In this document: positions 26,882 through 40,700 of the stretch, piece after piece
Layout: every line of letters begins with the position of its first letter
How positions within the stretch are numbered: the stretch's first letter is position 1
From: Dipteris shenzhenensis
Lineage: Eukaryota
Assembly: GCA_047967505.1 (NCBI GenBank)
Contig: CM106538.1
Length of the DNA stretch: 64,000 bases
Direction: 5' to 3' (one strand)
Made by a program: the position numbers and the translations under genes
Notes under the pieces: generated by a model
The model's database searches: none
Seen by the model: only the letters and a program-made list of their open reading frames with translations
What the model was told of the DNA's origin: nothing

Positions 26882-27500
26882 TATTACCGTCTTTGGGAGG
26901 CCTTGTGGGCCTATGAGACAAAAGCACAATCCACGGGTAAGTCATACAATCCACTGTGGGCTGAGGTAAATGGCTCGCTATTGCCCTTGCTGACTGCTTT
27001 GCTACAAAAACTCAAAACTCAAAAACCAAAACTTGAAAACTAGTACTCAAAACTAGTACTCAAAAAAATATAGGCAGGTTCGATGGTGGCTCTTATGTGG
27101 GCTGCGAAGATGTGTCTTATTTGTGTGTGTCGGGTCGTCTCGCACTGAGTAGAGCTGGGATGGGCTGGACGTCCATCGTGCGTGCTCTGGTCAGCCTCTG
27201 CATCATGTGTGGTCTCTGTGTCCCTCCCTCCACCGCGTTGTGCTGTCTCTTCCCACTGATCCATGCTGTCCTTATGTCAGCTATCTTCTCCTCTACTCCC
27301 GTATGTCCTAGGGTTGGCTCAAAAGCATAAAAGTGTGTGACAAGTCGTTGCACACGGTCAGCCTTCCGTGGCATTTGTCACCTCCTACTGCCTGATGTGC
27401 TGCAATAAAGTCTCTTTGTGTTGCCGCATCTACATCAAATAGAAGCCAACGCAAACCTGGTCATGAAAAGGGCTCAGTCGGGAGAGTGGCCCAAAACCGT
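26880..27500 (-). mobile_element. LTR-like fragment related to the LTR at 28055-29293
   Basis: GGGAGGCCTT-TGG...CCTATG...AAAAG...TCATACAA...CTGTGGGCTGA is shared with 28065-28140. Both start next to a (GA)n tract. The right boundary is uncertain. Confidence 0.55.
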
Positions 27501-28010
27501 GTCCCTCTTGAAAGAGATAATGGTACCATCCTTGGATCTCATAGTATGCTGGGCAAGTGCATAGGAAGTGCTCCTCTTTCTCTACCTCTAGCAATGTGCA
27601 TAGCTTCCATATCCTCTACTCCCTAGGCGTGCCTTTGGCTCTCCTTGCCTCGATCTTCAATTGGTGGGATGAGAGGCATATCTGTCCGATGGCAATCCTC
27701 AGTGCGTGTGAGACCCATCTGTCGTCCAGTTACCGAGGTCTAATAATCACCCCATCCTCTTATACTGTCAAGAAATGGTTGTGGTAGAACTGGATCTTGG
27801 TGGGGACTCCTGGTCCCTCCCCCCATGTGTAGATCCAACCGCATGATACGGTTGATCTCATCTCGTGAGATCTGGAGGGATGGGGCGTCCAAGCTATATT
27901 GAAAGGGGGGAAGGCGGTCCATTTGAATACCTTAACTAGTAGAGCAACTGGATATGTGTGCATACCAAGCCGTGCGATGGCTAGTTGTCTAGATGACTCT
28001 AGTGCCATTG

Positions 28011-28054
<44 letters not shown>

Positions 28055-28057
<3 letters not shown>

Positions 28058-30615
28058 ATGTTTTCGGGAGGCCTTATGGTGCCTATGGGAAAAAGTACAT
28101 CAAAAGAGAAAGAAACTCATACAAGCCTCTGTGGGCTGAAGCAAAGGGTGTGCTAGGGTCCTTGCTGAGTGCTATACTAAGCTAAAGAGCTCAAAAGCTC
28201 GAACTTGAAAATCAGAAACTCATAAGCTGAGAAATTGTGAGCTGAGACTGAGAACCCGAAGCCTGGTGCCATGGTGTCTCTCCCTTGGGCTGCAAAGATA
28301 TCCCGGATCTGCGTCTTTCGAGCTATCTCACGCTGTGGCGGCGGACGTGATCTCCTTGATATCTGCATCCGATGGGCTGTGTCAAGAGTGACACCTCATC
28401 TCTGGCAGTCTCCTCTAAGAAGAGCTGAGATAGACCGAGTCTGCTCTAGTCACTCGCCGTGTTCGTGTATGGCCTCTGCATGAAACCCAAACCGGATGAA
28501 ATCGCAAGTCAATTTGGCACCGTGGGATAGTTCACAATCAATGCGGGACTCTTTTGAAGCAAATCGCGGTACCCAGGGCAAGATGCCTGGTGCTGGAAAT
28601 TCCGTACATTCCTTGGGAAACGTGCTGAAATTGTAGAAATCAAATCGCCAACAAGATAGAGTGCTGGGGTAGAAGGGGTAAGGAGCAAAACACATCACTA
28701 GGGCCCAGAAAAGGGCTGGACCCCCCTAAAGGTCTTTATTGCAATAGAATAATCTTTGTACAACTGGCTCTTGAAAGAGCATAGAACTGAGTACAATTCT
28801 GAATACATTTGGGAGGCCTGGGGCCTTTTTTTTATAGACTTGGCCTAGCAAAAAGCTAGGGCCTGCTTTCTAAAAGCCAAGCTTTCAAGCGTTTCTTCCT
28901 AAATTGGAGGCTTTAGGCGTCTTTTTAGTCTTGTGGGCCCTCTTTTAAAAAGGTGCCTCGCTTATCCTTGCTTGAGAGCCTTGTGGGACCTGTTTTTTTT
29001 GTGCTTTTCTCCACAATCTTGGGTCCTTTTTGCATTCTCTTGGGTCCTACACATTGCACAAACAAATTCCAACACTTTAAACCAATAGAGGTTAGTGAAA
29101 TGCATACATTCCTAGTTCTTGGACTATTTCTAGTCCCTTGTGGGCATCCCCACAGTTCTCTTTTTACCAATGCAAGGCAAAAGTAAAAATAATAAAACTT
29201 ATTCCTGACTCACCAACTTCACTATTCTTTGACCGAAGTCAATTCTAATAAAGATTACTCTTTATTTTGTAGGAGAAGTCCCAAATGGTGACATCCCCTC
29301 GGCTGCTAAACAGTTGTCCTCAATTGAAAAGCTTCTTGATACAATTGTAGAACTTGAGGATACTTTGAGAAGAATTCCTCATCTACTTTCTTGGCATCAA
29401 GTGCTTGACAAGGTATCTACAGATAACCTTGCCTTTGGGTCCTTTCTTCTCTGTATGATTTACAATTTGTTCTGGTTGGAGGGTCTCCTCCATCTCTTCC
29501 ACCTCAGGTGGCTCTTCTTGAACTGGTTCTGTGGGTTCTGGTCCTTGATACTTCTTTAGAAGACTCACTTGAAAAGCACCAAGTCTCAGGTACTTGTCTG
29601 CTGCCTTCTTTTGCTTTTGTTAAGATCTTTCAATTGCTGTCCGAACTTGAGAGAAAGATGTATCTAAGTCTTGGACATACTGGTCAGCTGCAAATATCTC
29701 ATCCTTTGTTCTAAGGATAGGTGGTAGAATCACCTTTCCATAAATAGCTTCGAATGGGGATTTTCCTGTGGAGCTTTGAACAGTGTTATTGTATGCAAAT
29801 TCCACAAGAGGAAGATACTTTTCCCATGTGACCTTTTGCTCGGATGCATAACACTTGAGAAGATCCAATACCATGGAATTGGCATTCTCACCTTGTATGT
29901 CTGACTGAGGATGAAAAGTCCAGCTTCGTCCCCATATTATCAAATAATGCTCTCCAAAATAAACTAGTCATCCCGGGGTCTCGATCACTAACAATCAACT
30001 TCGGCATCCCATGGTACTTAAAGATCTGTGCCAAAAACAATCTAGCCATGTGGTCTGCCTTCATAGTTTTTCTTACTGGAATGAAATGGGCCTGCTTGCT
30101 GAACTTGTCAATGATGGTCCATATCCCATCATTCCCATATTTGGATCTAGGAAGATCAAAGATGAAAGCCATGGCGATCCTTTCCCATGGTCCTTGCGGT
30201 ATGGGCAGCGGCATGAGAAGTCCTGGGGTCTTTTGCCTATCATACTTTACCTTTTGGCACATAAGACATTCAGTTACAAACTTGTTAATGTCTTTCGGCA
30301 TCCCTAGCCAAAAGAAATCCCTCTCAATGGCCTGTGTAGTACATAGAATACCTCGATGCCCTGCATAAGGAGGAACATGACATTCTTCCAAGACTTTGGC
30401 TCGCATGTCTTGGGTCACACAAAGATGATCATTTTTCATGAGAAATCTGTCTTTCAGTGTATACTAGCTGAATGATACTCCCTATTGAATATTTCTCATG
30501 GTCTCTTCGAAATCTAGATCCTGTAAATAAAGCTCTTTCATAAGTCGTGGTGATATGCTATGCTGACATTATTCACTTTAGGCCCTGTAGATAAAGCATC
30601 CGCAACTCTGTTCCA
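28055..30615 (-). mobile_element. Chromovirus-like Ty3/gypsy 3' half: integrase, chromodomain remnant, PPT and ~1.24 kb 3' LTR
   Basis: NRVADALS (~30610), HVPPYAGHRG...CLMCQ, IDKFSKQAHF, IVSDRDP, LPLVEFAYNN, PEQIVNH...RYLVK. PPT/LTR junction GAGGGGA|TGTCACC at ~29293-29300. Confidence 0.85.
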
Positions 30616-31349
30616 AGCTTGTGCAAGGTTGGATGACCTGCCGTTGGCTCGGGAGAGCACTGGGGCACTGGTTGTGATACTGTCTTCTTGGGGGTGCAGT
30701 GGCAAGCCTTGGGCTCAGTAATGGCTTTGATTTATGTGGATGCATTGCTTGGCATGATGTCGGGTTGTTGTACTTGTGAAATGCTTGGCTACTGAAAGAA
30801 ACCAAGAGAATATCATTGGGAGTTGGTCACTTGCACAGCCACGGGTTGGCATTGTACTGGGTTGCACCTGCAGGTGAGTTCAAGAAGGGAGTCCCTTGTA
30901 TTTGAACTAGTCAGTGAGAATAAATAAATACCACAAGGAGCGCCAAGTGTTGAGGTCAAGAGGTGTCACTGTGTATGCTATTGAGTAGGGGCATTCTAGC
31001 CTCCCTTGTTTTGTTTGGTTCAGTGATGCTATGTTGTGGAATTATATGCTCTAAGTATTGTGTTTGGGCAATGGCAATGGAACATGGTGGCTGTATTTTG
31101 GTATTGTGAGATAATAGAGTAAGATATATTGCCCTTTGTTAGTCAAAGGCCGGTTGCAGTGGTTCCGTTGCTGGGACCCTCATCAAATCATCCAGAGGAG
31201 TCCCTGGGCAGGTTGGGCAGAGAAAGTATCTGCTGATTTTTCTTGGTACAGCCACCCATTGCCTTTAATATGGAGCATATAAGGCTTGGTTATGATGCAG
31301 ACTCAGAGTCTGAGCCAGAGTAGTAGATAAGGGGAGCACACCTTGGAAT

Positions 31350-34300
31350 AAGAGTGCAAGATGCAGCCCATGAAGGGCAGAATACTCAGGTTGATGCATT
31401 GGGGCAGCCAGCTCCACAAGTACATAATCCTGCTAGTACAGTTGCATTGGGTGCAGACCCAAGTGTACAGACAAATGCTATGGCCGTGATGCAAACTCAG
31501 ATGGCTTCTCTGTTGCAAGGTTTAACTCATCTCAAATAGAGCTTTGCTGAGAGTGTACATAATCCAGCTCTAATGCCGAGGGCAGAGGCACAGCGCATAC
31601 AGGATCCACAAATGCATGTGGGACAGCCACTACCAGAGCCGCAGACACCAGTGGTACAGCCACTTGCAGTGCCACAGAGGCAAGGACCACATGGGAATGA
31701 GCATGGTAGCAATGCTCAGAATGTGCAGCAAGGGGAGCCAGCTCAACCATAGCATGTGGTTCAGCCAACTCACTTAGGAGGAGGATCTATATTTCAGGCC
31801 ATGACCTCACAACCAGCCCCAAATTCTTTGTATGCTAATGTGGGGATACAGCCTGGAATACAGGGAGGTAGTCCCATGGTATCTCACACTCAAGCAATAC
31901 CACCTGTGCCACCAAATCTAGCTGTGAGGAGTGCTATACAAGCTCCAGAAGGACCCCAAGGGCAGCAGTCTCTTTATTTGCAACCCCTTGGCTATGATCA
32001 TCTGGAACCCAGGCTTAAGATGAAGGATTACAAGGAGGGGGGGGGGCAGCAGTGAAGTTTGAGACCTTCAATGAGCATGCAGATAGGATTAAGGATCTTA
32101 CCTTTTTGCAGCAATTTGACTTGGCTTTTGCTGGAGGTTACTTCAGAGAGTCTTCGAAAATCAATAAGGCAGCCACTTTTCTCAAAGGTAATGCAATGCA
32201 GTGGTGGTCTAGTCTACTTCTTCAGGGGCAGACACCTGCTACATGGGTTGATTTCAAGAAGGTATTCTCAGCCACATGGCTCACCACTACATTTGAAGTG
32301 GATGTCATGACTCAGTGGCATAACCTGAATGCTGGAATGCAAGAATTTAGAAGACTACCTTAAGAAGTTTTGGGATGCACTTCTGCCTATGAGCTCCTAC
32401 AGAACAATCCCCTTTTCAGAGCTGGTTGAAAAGTATTGTTGTGTCTTCCTAAAGAGTTGAGGGACTATTGCATAGACACATTTCCAGCATGTCACAGTTG
32501 ATAGAGAATGCAAACACAGATTACTTATGCATGGTAGAGTCTCAGACTTTAAAAGCAACTTTAAAGAGGAGCACAAGAAACCACAGCAAGCTGGAAAAGT
32601 ACCTTTCAAATCAAAGTTTGTGGCAGGCCAGAGAAGAAAACAGCAGCCCTCTTCCCTCACCTCCGAAGAGAGGAAGAAATTGTTTTCTGAAGGAAAGTGT
32701 TTCCTTTTCAAAGAGACTGGTCATAGGACAGCAGATTGTCCTAACAAGAAGAGAAAAGAACCTGCAGCAACTCGGGCTGAGTTTTAGAGGCAAGAAACCC
32801 AAGCCAAGTGCTGGCCACATTCTTGATATCATTGGGGGTGAGCATGATGAGAGATGTGCGGAGCATGGGGCAAGCTACGGGATCGGCATTGTTTGTACTT
32901 CTTTGATTCAGGGGCCAAAGCAAATTTTATAACTCCTGAACTTGCAGCTCAGTTCGGTCTTCGACCAGATCAGATCGACCCTCTTTGTGAGTCCAACATG
33001 GCTAATCCGGAGCCCAATACCCCTACACTCCTTTCATAGGGAAGCTACAAATTCACACTCAGGGATATGCTGAGGATGCACCTTGGATGTACCGTGTTCA
33101 TGCTATCATTGATACACATGATAAGAAGATTACCTTGACTTATAGGGTTAAAACCCGAGTCATAGATGTAAACATGAAGGGGAATCAGTCCCAGTTGTAT
33201 CCACTTTGGCAATATCTTCCGTAATGAAACAGCATCTTTTAGCGCATTTGATATTTGTAAAAGAAAAGGAACTAGTAGAGGATGAATCTAATTTCTCCAA
33301 GCTGAAAAAACGGCAAACTGAGTTTTTATTTTAGTTTCAAGATTGTTTCTCAAATGGACTCCCAGAGGAGTTACCTTCTGAAAGGCCAGAAGATCATATC
33401 ATTGATATCATTCCTAGTAGCTCTCCACCGAACCGACCACCATTCAGGGTTAGTGCGGTACAACTGGAGGAGATCATGTGTTAGGTGAATGAATTGCCAC
33501 AGAAGGGGCTGATTCAGCCAAGCTCTTCTCCATATTGCTCTCCCGTCCTACTAGTGCAAAAGAAGGATGGATCTTGGAGAATGTGTATTGACTACAGGTC
33601 TTTGAATAAGATCTCTATCAAGAATCGATTTCCCATCCCACGCATTGATGACATCTTGGATCGATTAGAGGGATCAGCCATCTTCAGTCGCATTGACTTG
33701 AAGAGTGGTTATCATCAGATACGAATTAGGCCCAAAGATGTACACAAGATTGCCTTTAGGACTACTTTTGGGTTTTATGAGTTTCTTGTCATGCCATTTG
33801 GTCCGACTAATGCTCTTGCTACCTTCAATCGCATGATGGACGCATTTTTCAGAGAGCACAAAGTTTGTGGTGGGAACACTCTTTGATGACATTATTGTGC
33901 ACTCGAAAGATGAAGAGGAGCATAGGCAATACTTGGCAGTTGTATTTGCAGAGCTCAGGAGACACAAGTTGTAGGTCAACACTAAAAAGAGTGAGTTCTT
34001 CATGCCAAAGATACATTTCCTAGGACACATCATCTCGCGGGATGGAGTAAGGATGGTACCTGCCAAGATAGAGGCAATCAAGAATTGGCCTCCATTGAAG
34101 AACCTACATGAAGTCCGTAGTTTTCTTAGCTTGTGTTCATATTACAGGCGCTTCATATGCCATTTTGCTGAGATAGCTTCACCTTTACATGCTTTACAGA
34201 AGAAGGCAGTGCCTTTCCGTTGGGTGAAAGAAAGAAATTGCAACATTCAATGAGATGAAGGAAAAGTCATGCTCTGATCCTGGTATCATTTTGCCAGACT

Positions 34301-34400
34301 TGCGAAAGCCTTTTGTTCTTCAATGCAATGCAAGTGGCAACAATGTTTGTGGAGTACTTATGTAGGAAGGCAGAGTGGTTGCATATGAGAGTAGGGTTCC
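31350..34400 (+). mobile_element. Ty3/gypsy 5' half: gag, protease, RT and start of RNase H (disrupted)
   Basis: Gag (ATFLKGNAMQWW, TWVDFKKVF), degenerate knuckle CFLFKETGHRTADC, protease FDSGAKANFI, RT ([43 protein letters not shown]), and RH start ending near GRVVAYESR. Confidence 0.9.
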
Positions 34401-35359
34401 ATCCATTCTTGTGAGAACTAGATCAATTTCTATAGTTGAGAGATTTATGAGAGATTTCTTAGTTCATGATAGAAATTGATTCTAAGAGAGAGTTCAGTTT
34501 GTCAAATTTTCGTCTTCCCATTCGGAGAGAAATATTTCCTTAGTGAATGAGAGATTTATGTGTAAGGTTGGTTTGGAAGGTTGCTTTGTGAGAAGCTCTC
34601 TTCCCTTCGACACTGGTCATCAGCAATAGATGCAGTCTCAGACCTACAAGCATCTGTCGACAAAGCTACGGCTTCAAGGCTCTAGCTGCAAATGCATTGA
34701 CTCTAACTCAAGCCTCCACTGACTCTCCCTCGTCAAACGACTATCTACACGAAAGCAGCATAACCTTATCTTCAAGGCTACCAACAACTAAGGTGCAAGC
34801 ATCTCCAAACAGCAAAGGCTACAATGAACTACGCTCCGGTTCAGCATAGCTCCACCAACGAGCTCAGCTCAAGCCAACGAGCCTCCAAACGGAACAAGGC
34901 TCACAGGTGACCTACAGGCAGAGACTCCACGACCGGCTTCTATCTACATCGCTCCAGCTCTATTAGATTTCAACGTAGCTCGAACGTGGCTCACATATGA
35001 TTGCCAACAAACGCTCAAACGCTCGCAGTCGGACTTCAAAGGGACGAGCAACAACGAGCCAAGCGGCTCCTCGACGGATGGAGCAGTGTCTCATGTGACG
35101 GCTACACGTATCAAAGCTCCAGATGGTTCCAGCGACTCACAACTCACGCCAGCCAGACCGCCTCCAATGCCTTCAACGCTTTGACACCCAACACGACCAA
35201 CGCATGGCTCACAAGCTCCTTCATCCATAAGCTCCTTTAGCCATATGTTCTGCTCTCAACGACTCCAAGCGACCGTCACACAAGGCGGCTCCCTCCATTG
35301 ACGAAGCGGCTCCGACGGGTATCGACTGTTCGTAGCGGGCTTAGAAGCTATTGTAGAAT

Positions 35360-37188
35360 GAGGTATTCTTGATTTGATACATATAGATGTATGGGGTTTT
35401 GCCCAAACCCACAATATCAATGGTTCACTTTACTGCTTGACTTTCATGGATGACTACAGTAGATATTCTTGGGTCTACTTTTTGAAAGAGAAATCTGAAG
35501 TGTTTCATATTTCAAGAATTCAAAGCCATGGTAGAAAATCAGACAAGCAAAAAGATCAAAGTCATGAGATCAGATAGAGGAGATGAATATGTCTTTAGCA
35601 TTCATGAACTTTTGCAGAAGTCACGGCATTCAAAGACAATTCACTTGTGCAAATACTCCTCAACAGAATGCAAGAGCTGAAAGGAAGAATGGTACTTTAG
35701 CATACAGTGCTAGAGCAATGCTTACTGAGAAGCATCTTTCGAATTAGTATTAGACAAAAGCAATAGTCCCGGCAAACTACTTGCTTAATTGGCTTCCTAC
35801 TGAACTAATACAGGGTATGACACCTTATGAAGCATTCACTAGATACAAGCTATGCATTAGGCATCTCCGCATATTTGGTTGCATAGCATATGCCCACATA
35901 CATAATGATCATCGCAGAAAATTGAATGCAAAGTCACGTAAATGCATCAAGGTGCATACAAGTTGTATGATTCCATTAACCGCAAGGTCATTATCTCCAG
36001 AGATGTAATCTTTGATGAGGAATCAGAATGAAAAAACTCAAATGCACAGAAGATAGACAATTTCACAGTCATCTATAGAAAAGGTTGATGAAGAAGAGCA
36101 AGAATTGTCAAAAGCACCCCAAGCAGATCCACATCAACTCAGACGGTTTACTAGGAAAAACAAACCTCCAGTCAAATTGACATATGCTCAAAAAGGCAAA
36201 GCAATTCAGGTTGAAACCACCAACTCTGCTCTTATGACTACCATCATGGCTATAGAAGAGCCAGTGTACTTCGAAGATGCAGTAGACAAGCCAAAATGAC
36301 AAACTACTATGAATGAAAAAATGGATGCTCTGTATAAGAATATTACTTGAAAATTATGTGACCTTCCACCAGGAAAGAAGGCCATAGCAAACAAATGGCT
36401 ATATAAAGTGAAGTATAATCTAGATAGAAGCATTCAAAGATTAAAGCCAGACTAGTTGCAAAAGGATTTGCATAGCAGTATGGTCAAGATTATGATGAGA
36501 CTTATGCTCCAGTAGGAAAGATGGATTCCATAGGGTTCTCGATATCACTAGCAACACTCAACAGATGGAATGTGTACTAGCTCGATGTCAAGAATGCATT
36601 TCTCAATGGTTACCCAGACGAGGAAGTTTACATGCAACAATCAGCAGATAATGTTGAACCAAGAAAGGAGAATCAAGTTTCCCATCTCAAGAAAAGTCTC
36701 TACAGCTTAAACAAGACACCTAGAAGTTGGTACAGCAGAATCAACCAGTATTTTGTTGATCTGGGATACATGAAATCCAATGCAAATCATACTCTCTACT
36801 ACAAAGTTCAAGGGGAAGACATTACTATTGCACTTTTGTACGTAGATGATTTGATTGTGACTCGAAGCAAGGATAGCTTCATTAAGAAATTGAAACAAGA
36901 CTTATATGCAGAGTTCGACATGAAAGATCTTGGACTTATACACTATTGTCTTGAAATTGAGTTCTGGAGAGATTCAAACAGCACCTTTATGAGTCAACTT
37001 AAACATGTTGAGTCTCCTGAAGAAGTTTCATATGGCAGATTGCAAGATTGCAGCCACTCCCATATAAGAGTTTGAAACTTACTAAAGATTCAGAAAATCC
37101 TACAATCAATGATATGTGTCCTCTCTCTCTAGCTGTGCCCTCTCTTCTCATCTCCACTCTTCTCCTCTCCCCTCTTCATATTTTGTCA
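35360..37188 (+). mobile_element. Second, deleted copy of the same copia family as 533-5100, in opposite orientation
   Basis: Closely matches the reverse complement of ~3310-1545 (INT-RT), then jumps directly into the last ~70 bp of the 3' LTR (rc of 533-600). Confidence 0.92.
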
Positions 37189-39831
37189 TCATGTTGTTAG
37201 CATAGTCCCAATTTATATATTTCCATTTACGATTTGTTTTGTGAGTATAAGTTTTAAGATGCAACACTATTGTCATGTTGTTGGCATAGTAATATATTTC
37301 CATGTAACAATATTTGAATATCAAACGTGTTGCTTAACACCATCTTTCTCTTGTCAATAAGAAAATTCACAATGCATGAAAATTATATGAGCATGTTTGG
37401 ATTCACAAAATTGATTTAAAATTGGTAGTTCACATGCAAATTTTTCAATAATAGTATGATATAATATTTGAATTGGTAGTTCACATGCAAACTTTTTAAT
37501 ATTTGAACAGTATAATGTAATATTCTCATGTTTCAATAGGATGAGATAATATGTGGCCAAATAAAAACTCGAATACATCTTTGTATATATGATTTTCACT
37601 ATTCTTTCCTTTCAAATTGAGAATTTTTCAAAATGTTGGGATTTTTCCAAAATTACTAATACTGTGTTGAAAGCTATGTTTGAAAAAGTATTGCAAATTG
37701 AACTTGGAACTAGAAGAAAAATTTGGTGTTGCGAGGCATGTAAGAAATGGAAAAGAGTCACATATTCCTGGTGTACGCTTATAAGCCAATTACCTATTAG
37801 GAACTAAGAGATCATCTATTGGGGAAAGCTATGTCTAAAAATTTATTTGCAAATTGATTGGTGAAGTCTCCAACTCATTTGATTACATTTCTAGATGGGC
37901 TAAGTTGTAGTTCAATGCACACATTGACACTTTAGATGATCATTTTAGATTTATGTATTCTTGGTACATCAATGATGGGACTATATAATAGAAGTGAAAT
38001 TCCTATGAAGAAAAGACTACATAGAATGATTAATAGATGTGTAAGGGGCCATAATAGAACACAAGAAAATTTTGAGAGTAAATGTGATTCAACTATTGAT
38101 TACTGCAACTAATGTCGTTAACAATGTTACATTTGAAATGGCAACATTATATTGTTGCCATTTTGTGATGATTAAAGATTCCCTTAGAATGTAAGAATTC
38201 ATATGAATTTTGTGAAGTCCTAAATTTTTCATATTTTGCAATCAAAAGCCACTAAAAATTGATTGTTTTACCATGTCCTAGGACCAAAATACAGAATACT
38301 ATAGTGATGTGGAAACACCTTTAGGTGGTGCCATGTACTTTGAGATCCATAAGTTGCAAACCGTGTTCTTGCAACAAAGCCACATATAAGAAAGTGGCAC
38401 ATATGCAAACCAAGAATTTCATTTTGGAAGAATTTTGAGTAGTATCTTCCTACACTTCACACTCCAAAATAGGAGTTTAGCAATTCACACATGTGAGCAA
38501 AACTAATGTCTCTATATGAGCATGAGAGATACTATATTCATCATATTTTAAGCATTGTTACTTATGTATTGTGCCTCTATTCTTTGATGGTTTACGTGTC
38601 AAGATGTTTGATTTTTTTTTAATATCAAGACCATACTTAAAATGTGTACTTTTACAATGGTCATCAAATAAATCTTTGTCTTTTCTTTTAAACTTTAACT
38701 ATTAAATAGGTGTAGCTAAGAATTATATACATCAGTTCAGGGTTATATAATTCATTGGTTTAGGGTTACATATTTTCTTTGCAATTAAAATATTAAAAAT
38801 TTTATCTCTCTAACCTACATGAAATTTTAAAATATTGAAATTTTATTGATACACACATGCACTTTGATTTCATTAAAATACATTTTTAAAAATACTCCAA
38901 ATGACTTCATCAAAAGTTTGTTTATATTTTTGCATTCACATATTATATCAACATATGTACCAATGTAATGACATCCTATTCAAGAGAAGAAAAAAAAGTA
39001 TTGCCTGATAAAAATGCACATAGTGAAAATAAACTAAAAACCATCAACGCTTCAAAGATCTATTAATCACCTCATGGGACTCCCAGCCTTGCTTGAAAGC
39101 TGAATGGTTAAATGAACTTAGAAATAAATTTTGATTCTAGAATATTGTAGATGATTGGCTTTGCTTTTCTCTCAAAATAGAAAACATGAAGATTATTAAA
39201 TTTGACCTTGATTCTCTTAAATTTGTTCACCACTATAACCTTTTTGTAAGCATTCTTATGTCCAAATTTTTGACAAGCAAGCTCATTATAGATTCAAACT
39301 CAACAAGACTCACAGATGAATGGCTAGTTGTATTGCCTATCTCCTCTCATGTCACATCCAACAAAAGGATGAGCACTAAGACCATGTGTAGATATGAGCC
39401 CTAAAGGACCAATGGTTCTAGTGTGAATGTAAATTTTAAAGGAGAGTCACTTTCCCTTACAAAATCATGAAGAAAGATTGATGGGGTGAGCATGTTTGCA
39501 AATTGGATTCATTCTAATACCTTTTTGATGCATAGTTGATGGCCTTTTACACTAGATCAAGTTACATTAGCCCACAATAAGTAGTTAAAGTTGCAGATAC
39601 TACAGTGAGTGTGGCAAGAATATGCACTAATCAACAAAACCTCCCAGGAGATGTGGAAAGTGTTCAATGAAACAAAAGGCTAGGAGAGCATTTAGGCATC
39701 TACCATGATTTTGAATATGTGATTCAAGGAAGGAGAGTTTCACAAGCACCCACTAGAAGAGTCTTAGAATTCAAAGATAGGTTCGACATGCCTCCATCAC
39801 CCTCCCATATTTAAATAATGTAGCAAGAGCA

Positions 39832-40700
39832 TGTTACGTCAGCCATATTCCCAAAATATTCTGGTGTGGTTATGGAGAAGCGGGAAACCAAAGGGCTCAA
39901 CAGTGTTTGGCCGATCGGAGCCTAGCGGGTCAGGGACTAGGAACTATCCTAGTCCTAGGCAAGAATGGGAGTGCAATGTTAAGGCCTAAAGGGCATTAAG
40001 GTACTAAGGTCCTTTATGACATGCGGCACTCAGGTGGGCTCCAAGTGGCAAGCATTGGGTTTAGGGGAGATTCTCTACTAGAGAAAGGCTCCACAAAAGG
40101 AAGAAAGAATAGGGAACTCAAGCAAAGTTGACGGATGGATGAAAGAGGGAGCACTCGACGAATCGTGGCTGGGTGGGGAATCAAAGAGAGCCCTTTTTAT
40201 GGTCATGTTACATTGGTATTAGAGCGGTTAAGAGAAAGGGATGAACATACATGATGAAATGGAATCTTAGCAAGCGTGTGAATTGTCGTCAAATTCTAGC
40301 AACCATTTTTGAAATCTGTAGAGCTTAGCTTCTGCTATGGTGCTGAATTGAAGCGCTATGTCTGACAGTTTGAGGGCTACGCCACTGCCGCTGAGGTATT
40401 ACTTAAATTCGAGGGTCGCACGCTTTGTGAAGTAGATTTTAGTCAAGACTCAAGGCCCAAGGACCCAAGAGTGGCTTGCGATATTTCTTGCACAGCAGGA
40501 GCATTGCTGTGAGTCTGTCAAGGAGCTGTGGCTACCGTGCGACCATCATTTTGATTGCAAGACACTGCGAGACCAGTGCAGATGTTAGTTGCTCAGCCTT
40601 CCATTACTTGGCCAAAGGTCCAGACTCTTAGGGGCGGCTTATGGATTTCAAAATTGGCGTGACAGCAAGCTAAACCAAACCAAGTTAAGAGCTTATTAGT
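39832..40700 (+). mobile_element. Probable 5' LTR (39832-40212) plus PBS and decayed internal sequence
   Basis: TGTTAC...GTTACA followed by PBS-like TGGTATTAGAGC at 40214-40225. The downstream coding remnant cannot be translated with confidence. Confidence 0.5.
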
